64,000 nucleotides of DNA from contig NC_043021.1 of the NCBI RefSeq assembly GCF_006345805.1, positions 26,846,001 to 26,910,000 of the forward strand. Direction: 5' to 3'. Shown piece after piece: positions 27,590 to 40,390 of this stretch. Made by a program: the position numbers and the translations under genes. This stretch comes from Octopus sinensis (lineage: Eukaryota). Position 1 is the stretch's first letter, and every line of letters starts with the position of its first letter. The notes under the pieces are model-generated. The model made no database searches, was not told where the DNA came from, and worked only from the letters and a program-made list of their open reading frames with translations.

Positions 27590-28445
27590 TAGCTGGTCCC
27601 TCTGCTGGGTCTACATTAGGCAGACTCACCTCCTCCTATGCATTCGGTACATTTAGCAACCTTTCATAATGGTATTTCCAAGCCTCTTTCTTTGCAGAAT
27701 CACTAACTGCAAGTGAACCCTCATTCATATGAATACACTTCTATCCTACAACATCACGGTTTTCTCTCACACACTCTCTTGCAATTTGAAATACCTCAAG
27801 CCTCAGGTCCTCATGCTGCAGAACCTTGGCAAACTTCTTCCTTTCTACTTCTCTCCAGGCTAAATATACCTGTCATCTTGCTTGCCTTCTAGCTATCTCA
27901 TATAGTTCCCTGCTACCACTACTCTTCCAGTCGTTCCAAACACATTTCTTTGCTCTAATGGCCCTGTCTACTTACCTATTCCACTATCATGTTACTTTTG
28001 GTCTGGAGGGGACCTGCACCAGCCACAAATTTGGTCAGCGGCATTCATTAAGTTGCGCTGTAGGAACCTCCAGTTATCTTCTATGTTATATGTAACTATC
28101 TCTTCCTCCCCGTCATCAAACGGTTTAGCAAGTAAGAGTCTAAATCTCTGACTATTCTGAGGGTCCTTAAACTTCTAGATCTTTCTTTTTCATACTGGCT
28201 TGCTTCTTGGCTTCCTTCTAGCCCTGAACCTGAAGTCACTAATGACTATCCTGTGTTGAGAGGTGTGCTCTTCCCTTGGGAAGGACTTTGGATTTATAAG
28301 TAACCATTTTTGTCATTTCTGATGAGAATGTAGGCAATCTAGCTTGTATAGCCACAAGACTGATAAGTGAATGGGTGATGGGCTGGTTTCATGAAGTTAG
28401 TATTGCAAATCATAAAGTCATCAGCATCACAGAACTCCCTGTAGC
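27590..28445 (-). mobile_element. Degraded RTE LINE fragment (end of APE endonuclease plus linker)
   Basis: Minus translation EFCDADDFMICNTNFMKP...QHRIVISDFRFRA...KFKDP. The downstream part aligns with 54370-54740. Multiple stops. Cut by a SINE A at about 27441-27590. Confidence 0.75.
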
Positions 28446-28479
28446 CTGGTTCTCTCCTCATATATATATATACATATAA

Positions 28480-28512
<33 letters not shown>

Positions 28513-28723
28513 TATATATAAAACTTATATATATATATATATCTATATATAAAACTTATATATATATATATACGGTTTAAGTAATTGAGATTCAAGTGAA
28601 TTCTAATGAATTCACATGAATATGGTCCTTAACTAGGATGCACCGGAAATCTATATGGTGTTAACCATACGACAAGTGGGGTGATTACAAATAGGAAAAA
28701 AGCAACAAGAATGGATTAAAATA

Positions 28724-28807
28724 TCAGTACAATTGTTTTGTGCGAGGACATCTTTAATAAGCTACAAAAAATGCAGTAAATATAGATGGCTCGTACTCGT
28801 CAGCCGA
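28724..28807 (-). ncRNA. Type I hammerhead ribozyme fold (core CUGACGA intact, GAAA changed to AAAA)
   Basis: Reverse complement reads tcgg-CTGACGA-GTACGAG...CTCGCAC-AAAA-CAATTG-TA^ctga. Confidence 0.7.
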
Positions 28808-29063
28808 AAAAACATCAGAGATTCCCAAACATCAAAAGGGGTAGATACAAATGAGGGTGTAAGTTTAACTGCATTGAAGAAAGTCCAATTCCTGGAGATC
28901 CGATGAAAGGTCTTGAACTTACAGAATTTATGCATGTCCATATATAGCTCATAGTGAATTGTTAATCAAGTTATGTGAAGAAATTTTGGATACAGTCATG
29001 TGAAATTTCTGAAAATCCGAGTAAGAAGCAAATTTTTGATGTTTGGGAATCTCTGATGTTTTT

Positions 29064-29147
29064 TCGGCTGACAAGTACGAGCCATCTATATTTACTGCAT
29101 TTTTTGTAGCTTATTAAAGATGTCCTCGTACGAAACAATTGTACTGA
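29064..29147 (+). ncRNA. Type I hammerhead ribozyme fold (core CUGACAA, G8A lesion)
   Basis: tcgg-CTGACAA-GTACGAG...CTCGTAC-GAAA-CAATTG-TA^ctga. Stem II is a 7-bp perfect helix and stem III is the palindrome ACAATTGT. Confidence 0.7.
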
Positions 29148-29175
29148 TAATTTAATCCATTCTTGTTGCTTTTTT

Positions 29176-29219
<44 letters not shown>

Positions 29220-29308
29220 AATTAAGGACTGAACACGAAAATCTTCGGATTCTTTTTTAATATGCTAGACCACTGGTTTTAATTGATAAATATCAATTTC
29301 TACCCTTA

Positions 29309-29349
<41 letters not shown>

Positions 29350-30125
29350 TCTATATATAAAACTGAAATGCGTTTTTACCGCTTGGATCGCTTTCAATGC
29401 CAGTACATCCCGTCCGATTCGCTCCAAAATTTACAGGGACATGTAGAATGAGGTGACGATGCCCATGGGCTACCTTAGAAATCCCTATCTTGAAAGGTGT
29501 GGTCGCTAGGGGCCATCTTCCTCACTCATGCTATTTCCTCATTTCCCTCTCTTACTCCCCTTCATATATAACTTTGAGAAGTCCACTCCCGTTATTTAAT
29601 GTATTCCCCTCAACTCCCTTTCACTTTCCCTTTATAAGTTCGTCAGATGGCTTTCTCATAGGGAGAATTATCATCGCTACCAACAACACACAATCATGAG
29701 AACAAATATTATGAATCAGATATTCATTGCGTTCATTTATATATGTGTGTGTGTGTGTGTTCGATATATAAATATGTATATATAATGTATATATACAAAG
29801 TGTATATATCTGTATTTATGTATATTAAACTTTTTAATACTTTTTGATAGTTATATATATTTTTAAACAAATTATAAATATAATTTAATAATTTTTATTT
29901 TAAATTTAAATAATTTAAATTTTTCAATTTTATATATTTTCTATATTATATTTTTATGTTTTTGTTTTTGTTTTTTTTCCCCTATTAGTGGTTTTATCTC
30001 TAATTTAATTTATACATATATATATATAATTTGTATATATAATGCGTGCACACACACACATATATATATATAATGTGTGCATTATGTGGTCGGTTGGTTC
30101 AGCTGAAAATATGCACACCTATGAA

Positions 30126-31215
30126 CCCTTTCGTTACTATATTTCTGACCAAAATACACCCCTTATGTGTTTCAATTAATTTCTAACATAATCATAAAGT
30201 TAGTCTGGTTTCATTAAACAACTATAACTTTTTTATTTATTAATATATTAATGTGATTTTTGGAAGATAATTGAATGAAATGTTCTCAACCAATTCTATA
30301 CTATAATTTTTGTCACAATGTGACTCTAATTGCAGGTAGATACACGTAAATTCAACAAAATATAAAATTATTAAAATTTTGTTCAAACATCGCTATAGAA
30401 AATGGGTTATTAGTTAATATTCAATTGGGTATACAACAAAATTTTACGATAGAATTTGTTATTCTGGGTAACTTTCTGATACCCATAATAATATTTATGG
30501 CAAAATAGTCTTAATTTCATTTAAGGTTGTGGGAAACCACTAACTATCCTCTTTCGTTTTGTTTACATTTAGCGTAACGGTTCGTTTCCGCCGTAATGAT
30601 TTCAAATAGGCTCATTCGAAAAAGTAAGAAGAAATAGTCTAAGGCTTTACTCTCCTGGGAAAGTCTATGGCTTGGTCCAGTTTCTTCAGAAAAATCACCG
30701 AAAGAAACAGTTTTTCAATTTTCACTCCATTCAGGTGCCAATTCATTTTCTTTATCGCTGTCGGAGTTCTCGGATTCACTGTTTTCACTTTCGGAAAATG
30801 AAACATCAGATTCATTATCAAATACCACGTGCTTTTTTTTTTTTTTTTCAGTCATAAGTTAGATTTATCAAGGTCTTCAGTAGAAAATCCTTCGAATTCT
30901 AACTCTTTGCTTGATATGATGAAATTCGTATCCATTTTTTGTCACAATTACAAAGTTTGAAAACACAATAGGAACAAATTTTGGAAAAAAATCTCCCAAA
31001 ATTCACGGAATTAAAATTACACTTCGATTGTTGTACAAAACTGTAGATGAACTGTTTACGAAGTATAATCACGTGTTTTCACGAACGTAATAAAGAGATT
31101 TGCTCTGATATTCTCATTTAAATATGAATAGGTAAATACGGGCGGGTTTGGGCTGTTTGGTCACATTAACCACAATTTTTTTCGGTTGGCTTTGGGCGGT
31201 TTGGTAACGAAAGGG
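30126..31215. mobile_element. piggyBac-type non-autonomous element (1090 bp)
   Basis: 12-bp TIRs CCCTTTCGTTAC / GTAACGAAAGGG. TTAA on the right (31216-31219) and AA on the left. The paralogous empty site ctatgTTAAaagtg is in Helitron copy B (about 33290). Confidence 0.85.
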
Positions 31216-31967
31216 TTAAAAGTGCTGGCAAGTTTGCATGACAACTATTTTTTTCCTCAAATGAAAGGCGTGACCTCTAGGACAAAATTCCTCATCTTAT
31301 AAAATGTGGCCCCAGTAGACCCAAATGAAATCGGGTTATATTAACCAAAAGGTGAAAGGGGGCTGGAAGGGGATTAAAATCTAAAGGAGCGAGTGTTTAG
31401 GAATTTTCTGTTACATCGAGCTAAAAAATTTGCGCCAGCCTTTTAATCTTCAATGTGTTGCTGTCCATGATGAAGAGGTTTTGAATGCTTGCCATGGTGA
31501 GTCTACTGATGTGAGAAAGAATCACTTCAAAACTTGGTGTTTACGAATTTTCTTTTACATCAAGTTCAAAATTTTACGCCAGCCGTTAAACTGTCAATAC
31601 GTTGCTGTCCGTCGTTAAGAAATGCCAGTCATGGTGACTCTACTATCCTCAGATTCTATCCCTTCAAACTTTGCTTTCCAATATTTTATTATTTTTATTC
31701 AGCTCGCAAGTTCGTCTGTCGCTTTTAAATGTTAGCGTTTTGCTGTCTGCCTTGAAGCAGACATTTCCGTTGCCACTGCCTGATATTTATGATTGATCTT
31801 TCTAAATATTTTATTTCTCAACTTACTCAAGATCTTTTGTTGTTTATAAATGGGAGAGAGATGTATAAAGATAGAGAGTAAGAGAAAGCGAGGGAGAGTC
31901 CGCGAGAAAAGAAAAGTAAGAGAGTGGGAAAGTGAGAGAGAAAGGAGAGAGAAACAAAGACGGAGAA

Positions 31968-32280
31968 TCATCATCAACATCATCGTTTAACGTCCGTTTT
32001 CCGTGCTAGCACGGGTTGGACAGTGTGACCGGGGTCTGGGAAGCCAGGAGGCTGCACCAGGCTCCAGTCTGATCTGGCAGTGTTTCTACAGGTGGATGCC
32101 CTTCCTAACACCAACCACTCTGTGAGTGTAGTGGGTGCTTTTTTCGTGCCGCTGGCACAGGTGCCAGGGGGGCTCGCAGCGGCAATGATCGGTTGGTGCT
32201 TTTTATGTGCCACTGGCACAGAAGCCAGTCAAGGCGGCGCTGCAATCGGCCACGTTCGGATGGTGCGTTTTACGTGCTGA
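31968..32280 (-). mobile_element. RTE 3'-end fragment inside Helitron A (same insertion at 34014-34241 in copy B)
   Basis: gacggagaa|tcatcatc...gtttaacgtccgttttccgtgctagc occurs at the equivalent position in both copies. Confidence 0.85.
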
Positions 32281-32345
32281 AAGGAAGCAACAGAAAGTAA
32301 CAACCACACTCTTACCCGCGCGTAGAGTGGGTCACCTTCAGCTAG

Positions 32346-34241
32346 TCTATCTTCTCTATATATAAAACTGAAATGCGTTTTTACCGCTTGGATTGCTTTC
32401 AATGCCACTACATCCCATCTGATTCGCTCCAAAATTTACAGGGACATGTAGAATGAGGTGACGATGCTCGTGGGCTACCTTACAAATCCCTAGCTTAAAA
32501 GGTGTGGTTGCTAGGGGCCATCTTCCTCACTCACGCTATTTCCTACATTACCCTCTCACTCCTCTTCACTTATAACTTTGACAGTTCCACTACCGTTATT
32601 TAAAGTATCTGTCACTCTCGCTATTTCCTCTCTTTTTCACTCACTCTGTTTCTTACCTTCCCATCACAATCGGCTTTCTTTTATGTATCTGTCTGTCACC
32701 AACAACACACGAACTTGAGAACAAATATTATGAATCAGATATTCTTGCGTTCATTTATATGTGTGTGTGTGTGTGTGTGTTCTATATATAAATATGTATA
32801 TATAATGTATGTGTGTGTGTGTGTGTGTTCTATATATAAATATGTATATATAATGTATGTGTGTGTGTGTGTGTGTCCTATATATAAATATGTATATATA
32901 ATGTATATATACAAAGTGTATATATCTGTATTTATGTATATTAAACTTTTTCATACTTTTTCATAGTTATATATATTTTTAAACAAATTATAAATATAAG
33001 TTAATAATTTTTATTTTCAATTTAAATAATTTAAATTTTTCAATTTTATATTTTCTATATTTTCTATATTATATTTTTTTTAATGTTTTTGTTTTTGGTT
33101 TTTCACTGTTTGATTTGCCTATTAGTGGTTTTATCTCTAATTTAATTTATACAGATATATATCTCATTTGTATACATTTGTATATATAATGCGTGCACAC
33201 ACACACACACACACACACATATATACACATATATATATAATGTGTGCATTACGTAGTCGGTCGATTCAGCTGAAAATATGCACACCTATGTTAAAAGTGC
33301 TGGCAAGATTGCATGACAACTATTTTTTTCCTCAAATGAAAGGCGTCACCTCTTGGACAAAATTCCTCATCTTATAAAATGTGGCCCCAGTAGACCCGAA
33401 TGAAATTGGGTTATATTAACCAAAATGTGAAAAGGGGTCTAAATGGGGCTGGAAGGGGGTTAAAATTTAAAGGAGCGGGTGTTTAGGAATTCTTTGTTAC
33501 ATCAAGCTAAAAAATTTGCACCAGGGCTTTTAATCGTCAATATGTTGCCGTCCATGATGAAGAGGTTTTGAATGATTGCCATGGTGAGTCTACTGTCGTG
33601 AGAAAGAATCACTTCAAAACTTGGTGTTTACGAATTTTCTTTTACATCAAGTTCAAAATTTTACGCCAGCCGTTAAACTATCAATACGTTGCTGTCCGTC
33701 GTTAAGAAATGCTAGCCAGATTCTATCCCTTCAAACTTTGCTTTCCAATATTTTATTATTTTTATTCAGCTCGCAAGTTCGTCTGTCCCTTTTAAATGTT
33801 AGCGTTTTGCTGTCTGCCTTGAAGCAGACCTTTCCGTTGTTACTGCCTGATATTTATGATTGATCTTTCTAAATATTTTATTTCTCATCTTCTGTTGTTT
33901 ATAAATGGGAGAGAGATAGATAAAGATAGAGAGTAAGAGAAAGCGAGGGAGAGTCTGAGAGAAAAGAAAAGTAAGAGAGTGGGAAAGTGAGAGAGAAAGA
34001 AAGACGGAGAATCATCATCATCATCATCATTGTTTAATGTCCGTTTTCCTTGCTAGCACGGGTTGGACAGTGTGACCGGGGTGTGGGAAGCCAGGAGGCT
34101 GCACCAGGCTCCAGTCTGATCTGGCAGTGTTTCTACAGGTGGATGACCTTCCTAACGCTAACCACTCTGTGAGTGTAGTGGGTGCTTTTTTCGTGCCGCC
34201 TGCACAGGTGCCAGGGGGGCTCGCACCGGCAACGATCGGTT
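32346..34241 (+). mobile_element. Non-autonomous Helitron copy B, head-to-tail with A, 3'-truncated
   Basis: Starts tctatcttctctatatataaaactgaaatgcgtttttaccgc immediately after the CTAG of copy A. Colinear with A but lacks the MITE. Homology stops at gatcggtt (34241). Confidence 0.8.
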
Positions 34242-35526
34242 AAATGTATGTATTATATTATATATATATTATGGGTAGTCAGAAAAATGATCATCTGTTA
34301 ATACCGATCTCCACCCATACTTTCACTGGTGACCCCCCTCTACTTTTCCACCATATTATCTCCCTACCTGTCAACCCTCTGTTTCACCCTCCTTATACTT
34401 TGCACCTTCCTCTCCCCCCCTTCCCCTTCACTCCTGCATGTCATTTCTGTTTTGTCCTCCTGTTTACTACATCATCATTTCTATTTTGTTGCTCACCCAC
34501 TGCCAGACATCCCTTACTCTCCCCATCACCACTCCTTCCCTCTCGTTTCTACCCATCTTGTACCTTGAAGGCCCACTCTAACATTTCATCACAACTTATA
34601 TAACTTCCAAGCTCTAAACCCCACCCTCTCTTCTAAGTCATCGTGTAGTTCCTCTTCTGCACTGGTCCCTTTTCTCTCATACTTTAATCCTCTTTACTCT
34701 TTGGTTCTCCCCCCCACTTGGATTTCATAGTTTTGCAAGCTATGTGGCAATCTTATTGGTGCTGGTGGAATGAGCAAAAGCCCGCAGCCCATGTTATGAG
34801 GTGGTTGGTGACGGGACGGGCATCCAACTGTAGAAAGCACACCTAACGAACAGTGGAGCAGGATTCAGTCCTTGAGTGTACTGGATCTTATCAAACCATC
34901 CAATCCATGCTAGTATGGGACTTGGAAATGATGATGATGATGATGATATGTATATGTGTATATGTATGTATGCATGGAAACACACACACACACACACGCA
35001 CACACAGAAAATTAAAAAGGTCAAAGCACTTTGTTGTGTTTTTTAAATGTCTACAATTCAACCCTTAACAACAACAACAACAACAACAGCAGCAGCAGTA
35101 ATGACAACAACAGCAAAAACAAAAACAACAAGAGTTGCTGCAATTACAACTTCAACAAAGACAATACCTACAGTGACAACAACAAGGACAGAGATAACAA
35201 CCACAGCAATGATAACATTAGCAGCAACAACAACAACAACATTAGCAGCAACAACAACAACAACAACAACATTAGCAGCAGCAACAACAACTACACCATT
35301 GAAAAGAGAGATGGGTGTTTGGAAGATATATAACCTTTAAATGTCAAAGTTTAATAAATCCATATACAACTATCCACGTACATGTATGTGCACACACATA
35401 CATACACACAAACAAATGACCACACATGCCTGTGTATAGAATACATGTTGTGTATGTGTGTGTATGTATGTATATATGTGTGTGCGTGTGTGTGTATATA
35501 TATTTATATATATGTATGTATGTATA

Positions 35527-35557
<31 letters not shown>

Positions 35558-36030
35558 GAAAATGTCTCCATGTAAAATGTAAATATGTATGTATACGCAT
35601 ACATAGATATTCACATACCAACATGCATATATGTAAATAGTGTTTGTGTTTATATGTACACATATGTATACATACATACATACACACACACATGTACTTG
35701 TAACAGTTTCAGAGACATAAAGTTTACAACTTTGTTGTTTATTTAAAAAATTTTTTTTTATATAACGTTGGGTCTTTGAAGTGTGTTCTGTGGTTTTCTG
35801 TTGCATTGGTCATTCAAGTACTACACTTCCTCATTGGCTGACCATGCATTCACAACAAGCAGCCATAGCAACTCATTTATAATACAGTACACAAAGTAAA
35901 ACTGGATAGAAAAAATCATTAGTTGATGGTACAATTTAAATAGCAAGCTGCAAAAAATGAGAAGGATAACAATGGAAGCTTTTCTAAAAGCAAAATATAA
36001 ATCTAATTAAATATGAAAATATTGTCATCG

Positions 36031-36996
36031 CTCGCTAGAAATGAAGCCAGTATGCTCCGATGGATGTGTAATGCCAGTACTCACACTCGGCAGAGTGTAA
36101 GTACCTTGAGAGAAAAGCTGGACCTAAGAAGCATCAGTTGTGGTGTGCAAGAGAGACGTTTGCGCTGGTATGGTCATGTGGCGAGAATGGATGAAGATAG
36201 TTGTGTGAAAAAGTGCCACACCCTAGCGGTTGAGGGAACCTGTGGAAGAGGCAGACCCAGGAAAACCTGGGACGAGGTGGTGAAGCACGACCTTCGAACT
36301 TTAGGTCTCACTGAGGAAATGACTAGATACCGAGACCTCTGGAAGTGTGCTGTGCGCGAGAAGACCGGCAGGACAAGTGAGTCCATAACCCGTGGCCTTC
36401 TACATGGGATGGAGCCAGCCTACGTATGCATACCTTCCCTTCTTGGGACACAAAACTCTACTTGTGAAGACGTGTTGAGGCAAGTGAGGATCAGAATCGA
36501 AATCGATCAATGGAAATTGCGGATGTGTTACCAGTGCCGGTGGCATGTCGAAACTCTACTTGTGAAGACCCGTTGAGGCAAGTGAGGATCAGAATCGAAA
36601 TCGATCAATGGAAATCGATCAATGGAAATTGCAGATGTGTTACCAGTGCCGGTGGCATGTAAGAGAACTTTCCGTTTCGCGGCCGTTGCCAGCACCACCC
36701 CGTTTCGTGTCCGTTGCCAGCCTCGCCTGGCCCTCGTGCCGGTGGCACATAAAAAGCACCATCCGTTCGTGGCCGTTTGCCAGCTCTGTCTGGCACCAGT
36801 GCGGGTGGCACGTAAAAAGCACCCACTACACTCACGGAGTGGTTGGCGTTAGGAAGGGCATCCAGCCGTAGAAACACTGCCAGATTTGACTGGGCCTGAT
36901 GAAGCCTTCTGGCTTCACAGACCCCAGTAGAACCGTCCAACCCATGCTAGCATGGAAAACGGACGCTAAACGATGATGATGATGATGATGATGATG
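36031..36996 (+). mobile_element. 5'-truncated RTE LINE (ORF C-terminus, 3' UTR with internal ~97-bp duplication, (GAT)n tail)
   Basis: LARNEASMLRWMC...RRLRWYGHVARM...GRGRPRKTW. Duplicated aaactctacttgtgaagac...gccggtggcatgt at about 36454 and 36551. Confidence 0.95.
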
Positions 36997-37039
36997 TTTC
37001 ATGCTGAGATGGCGTGGATAGATTGAGTGAATCTGATGG

Positions 37040-37400
37040 GCCTGAGGATTTCACCAAGCTCCACTGCCTACTTTGGACCGGTTTCTATAAATTTCTGTCT
37101 CTTGTATGCTTATTAGAATTGCCTCTTGAAAAAGCTCATTTAGAGCACTGCCACCCCCACCCTGTAACAGTCCAGGATAGAGGAGATCCTTCGGATCTTT
37201 AACTGCTCATCTAAGAAGAGGTAACTCCATACAAACCCTGCATCTTGATAACTACTGAGCCAATGGCCCTTGTTGCACCAGACCAACACAAGTCCAAAGA
37301 ATGAGAGAGAAGGGCACCAAGCACTTTACAGCATATACAGGGGCCTTTATAATGCCACCAACACTAGTGAGATCACTATGAAGCTTGTAAGATTATGAAC
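37040..37400 (-). mobile_element. Highly degraded RTE/BovB-like RT C-terminal remnant
   Basis: Fragments such as IGSVVIKMQ and PKDLLY resemble SIExxxIKxQLRWxGH...PKxLLYGEL. Many frameshifts. Confidence 0.4.
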
Positions 37401-37779
37401 CCTGAGCAGGGAGGGGTAATTCATGCCAGGCGAATAAGGAGTATGAGAGAAAAATGATAGAACAGATTAGGTTTTTTGTTGTAGTGGAGCTATATGACGA
37501 CTTGGATTTTAGAAGAGAAGGTTGAGGGGATCAGTTGGAGCTGGAGAGGTATTGCAAAGGGGGGGGGGGATTACAGTATCACGAAATCTACCAAGCATTA
37601 CCATTTAATTATTTAAAATCCAGCCTTGATGATTTTATCAGTTATAGCAATATTTGCAAGACATTTTGTAACTGATTGTAGAATGTGTGGCCTAAATGCA
37701 ATTACAATAGTTTAATATGAAAATGGCTTAGTAATGTCAGTGCCAAATCAAATATAACAGACTAATATAGGAACAAGAC

Positions 37780-38082
37780 AAATATATACCTATACATATA
37801 TACATGCATTCATATATGTACATACATTCATATATGCACACACACACATGCAGATATACACATAGATGTATTCGCATAAATTTGCATATAAATATATATA
37901 CATATACATAATATGCATATATATATAAATATGAATATAACTACATATACATATAAGTATATATATACATGCATACATATATAAACATACATGTGTGTGT
38001 GTGTGTGTTTGTGTGTGTACAACTACAAATTTGCAAATACTCACACACACATACATACATATACACACACACACATATATAG

Positions 38083-38137
<55 letters not shown>

Positions 38138-38400
38138 GATGTGTATATATATATATATACACACATATACAGATGTATATATATATATATATACATACAT
38201 ATATATACACACATATACAGATGTGTATATATATATATATACACACACATATATACACACACACATATATATATATACACACACACATATATATATATAC
38301 CACACATATATATATATATATAGATATATATATATACACACTATACAGATGTGTATATATATATTATATATATATATACACACACATATATAGATGTGTA

Positions 38401-38465
<65 letters not shown>

Positions 38466-38490
38466 TATATATATATATACACATATATAG

Positions 38491-38536
<46 letters not shown>

Positions 38537-38636
38537 CACACATATATATATATACACATATATAGATGTGTATATATATTATATATATATATATACACAT
38601 ATACAGATGTATATATATATATATATACATATATAG

Positions 38637-38683
<47 letters not shown>

Positions 38684-38686
38684 TAG

Positions 38687-38731
<45 letters not shown>

Positions 38732-38780
38732 TAGATGTGTATATATATACATATATATATATATGTATGTACGTATGAAG
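37780..38780. repeat. About 1-kb compound (TA)/(CA) microsatellite with a recurring gatgtgtata unit
   Basis: Direct reading. Source of the many I/Y/H/T-rich pseudo-ORFs. Confidence 0.95.
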
Positions 38781-39960
38781 CATGTGTTGAGTTTGTGATT
38801 TCCTTGCTCAGCCTTTGATATGTCACACTTCTGTGACCAGGATATATAACGACATTTAGTATTCATAGTGCGACAGAAGTTGGCTTACGGCTAAGACCAG
38901 ACCAATTTTGTAATTGTCATCATGATCTTGTTTGCCACCACCACCACACCACCACCACCACCACCACAACGACAACAACAACATCTACTACTATCATCAT
39001 TATCCTTGAAACTGCCATCAACCTCCCTATCATCATCACAACAGTACCCACCACCATCACCACCACAAGTAACTCTATCACTAATGCAATGATCGAAAAT
39101 TCACAGCTTCACTCCACACCACCACCAATATCACAACCATCATGGACACCACCACCACCACCACCATATCATCAATATTACTACAACCAATGCTACTACT
39201 ACTACTACAACCCCATCATGCTTTACCATCACCCCACCATTACCACCACTGCTACCACAGTGATGGAAAATTCATGGCTTCACCCCACACTTCTCCCAAT
39301 AAAGACAGATCTGCAAGGTCCATGACCTGCTAGAAGTAGCAGCTAAATCTCCTGCAAATAATATTTCAATCATTTTGACTATAAAGAAAAGAACCATTGG
39401 GTAAATACAGTCATACATAAACCTAAAAGATTTTAAAACTTCCCTCTCTAACCCCGCTCCGCATCCACCACCCTGCCCTGCCCCTTAGGAGAGTCAAGAT
39501 TTGAATGCTTTTGATTTACTTTGATTCTTGAATGCATCCTCAAATCACAGCTGGCTAGGGACAGCAGGGGTGGGTAAGGGGTGAGCTAGATGACAAGAAA
39601 AACATCAAATCGAAAGTGTGTGTGTTGCGGGGGGGGGGGGCACCTTACCTCCATCTGGAATATCTTTATCACATCAACCTTACTAACCCTTCCCAGCCCA
39701 CCTACACACAATAGCTTGCTCATCTTCTAAAACTAGGTCAAGCAGAAGTGATTTAAATAGGTCGAGCAGAAGTGATTTAAATAGGCCACAGGACATGGTT
39801 CACCAGTACTTATCCAAACACACTCACTCTCACACACACACCCCAAATGACGTATCCTTTTCTCTGAATGAATGATCGGAAAGGGGAAAAATATGGGCAA
39901 TGTATATTTATGCTAATTGATAATCATAGGCTATATTGTTGTTGTTATTGGTGTTGTTAA

Positions 39961-40390
39961 GGTGGTGAGCTGGCAGAATTGTTAGCACACTGGGCAAAAT
40001 GCTTAGTGGCATTTCGTCTGTTTCAACATTCTGAGTTCAAATTCTGCTGAGGTTGACTTTGCCTTTCATCCTTTTGGGGTCGTTAAATTAAGTACCAATC
40101 AAGTACTGGGGTTGATGAAATCAACAATCTCCCTTCCCACAAATTCCAGGCCTTGTGCTTATTGTAGAAAGGATTATTGGTGTTGCTGAAGATGGTGAGC
40201 AGGCAGAATCATTAGCACACCGGACAACATTTCACTTGTCTTTATGTTCTGAGTTCAAATTCTGCTGAGGTTGACTTTGCTTTTCATCCTTTCAGGGTCA
40301 ATAAAATAAGTACCAGACATATACTGGAATTGTTGTAATCGACTTTCCTCCTTCCCTCAAAAACTACAGGCCCTGAGACAAAATTTGAAA
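39961..40390 (+). mobile_element. Two tandem SINE family A copies
   Basis: Heads ggtggtgagctggcagaa (39961) and gatggtgagcaggcagaa (about 40191). Confidence 0.8.

Larger units (their letters stand above)
28691..29180. repeat. About 147-bp inverted repeat (28691-28837 / 29034-29180), Penelope-type pseudo-LTR remnant in a (TA)n-rich region
   Basis: Arms ataggaaaaaagcaacaag...cccaaacatcaaaa and its reverse complement, with few mismatches and a spacer of about 196 bp. Each arm holds a hammerhead fold. Confidence 0.85.
29347..32345 (+). mobile_element. Non-autonomous Helitron copy A, with nested MITE and RTE 3' end
   Basis: 5' end A|TCTTCTATATATAAAACTG. 3' hairpin acccgcgcgtagagtgggt at 32314-32332, followed by CTAG|T at 32342-32346. 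No TIR or TSD. Confidence 0.8.

Noticed and set aside
28511-28556. Two TCTATATATAAAACT 15-mers identical to the Helitron 5' end
   Set aside because: They are very AT-rich and embedded in (TA)n, so they could be one chance motif duplicated by slippage.
29240-29320. Minus-strand hairpin aattgat-attt-atcaatt followed by aaaaccagtggtc, reminiscent of a hammerhead
   Set aside because: No CUGANGA-like core and no stem I complement.
36896-36918. CTGATGA followed by the hairpin GAAGCC-ttct-GGCTTC
   Set aside because: There is no GAAA or stem III. It is a variant of the ordinary RTE 3'-UTR hairpin (ctggtgcagcc... in other copies).
37790-38866. Many long ORFs rich in I/Y/H/T/C/V (also 50152-52051, 23009-23960, 250-1052, 2291-2853, 7533-7982)
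   Set aside because: They are translations of di-, tri- and tetranucleotide microsatellites with no coding complexity.
39643-39652. Strong minus-strand donor GAG|GTAAGG as a possible 5'-UTR exon of the peptidase gene
   Set aside because: There is no supporting promoter or exon evidence, and such motifs are common by chance.
39734-39785. 24-bp perfect-ish tandem duplication taggtc(a/g)agcagaagtgatttaaa
   Set aside because: A simple slippage duplication with no further structure.
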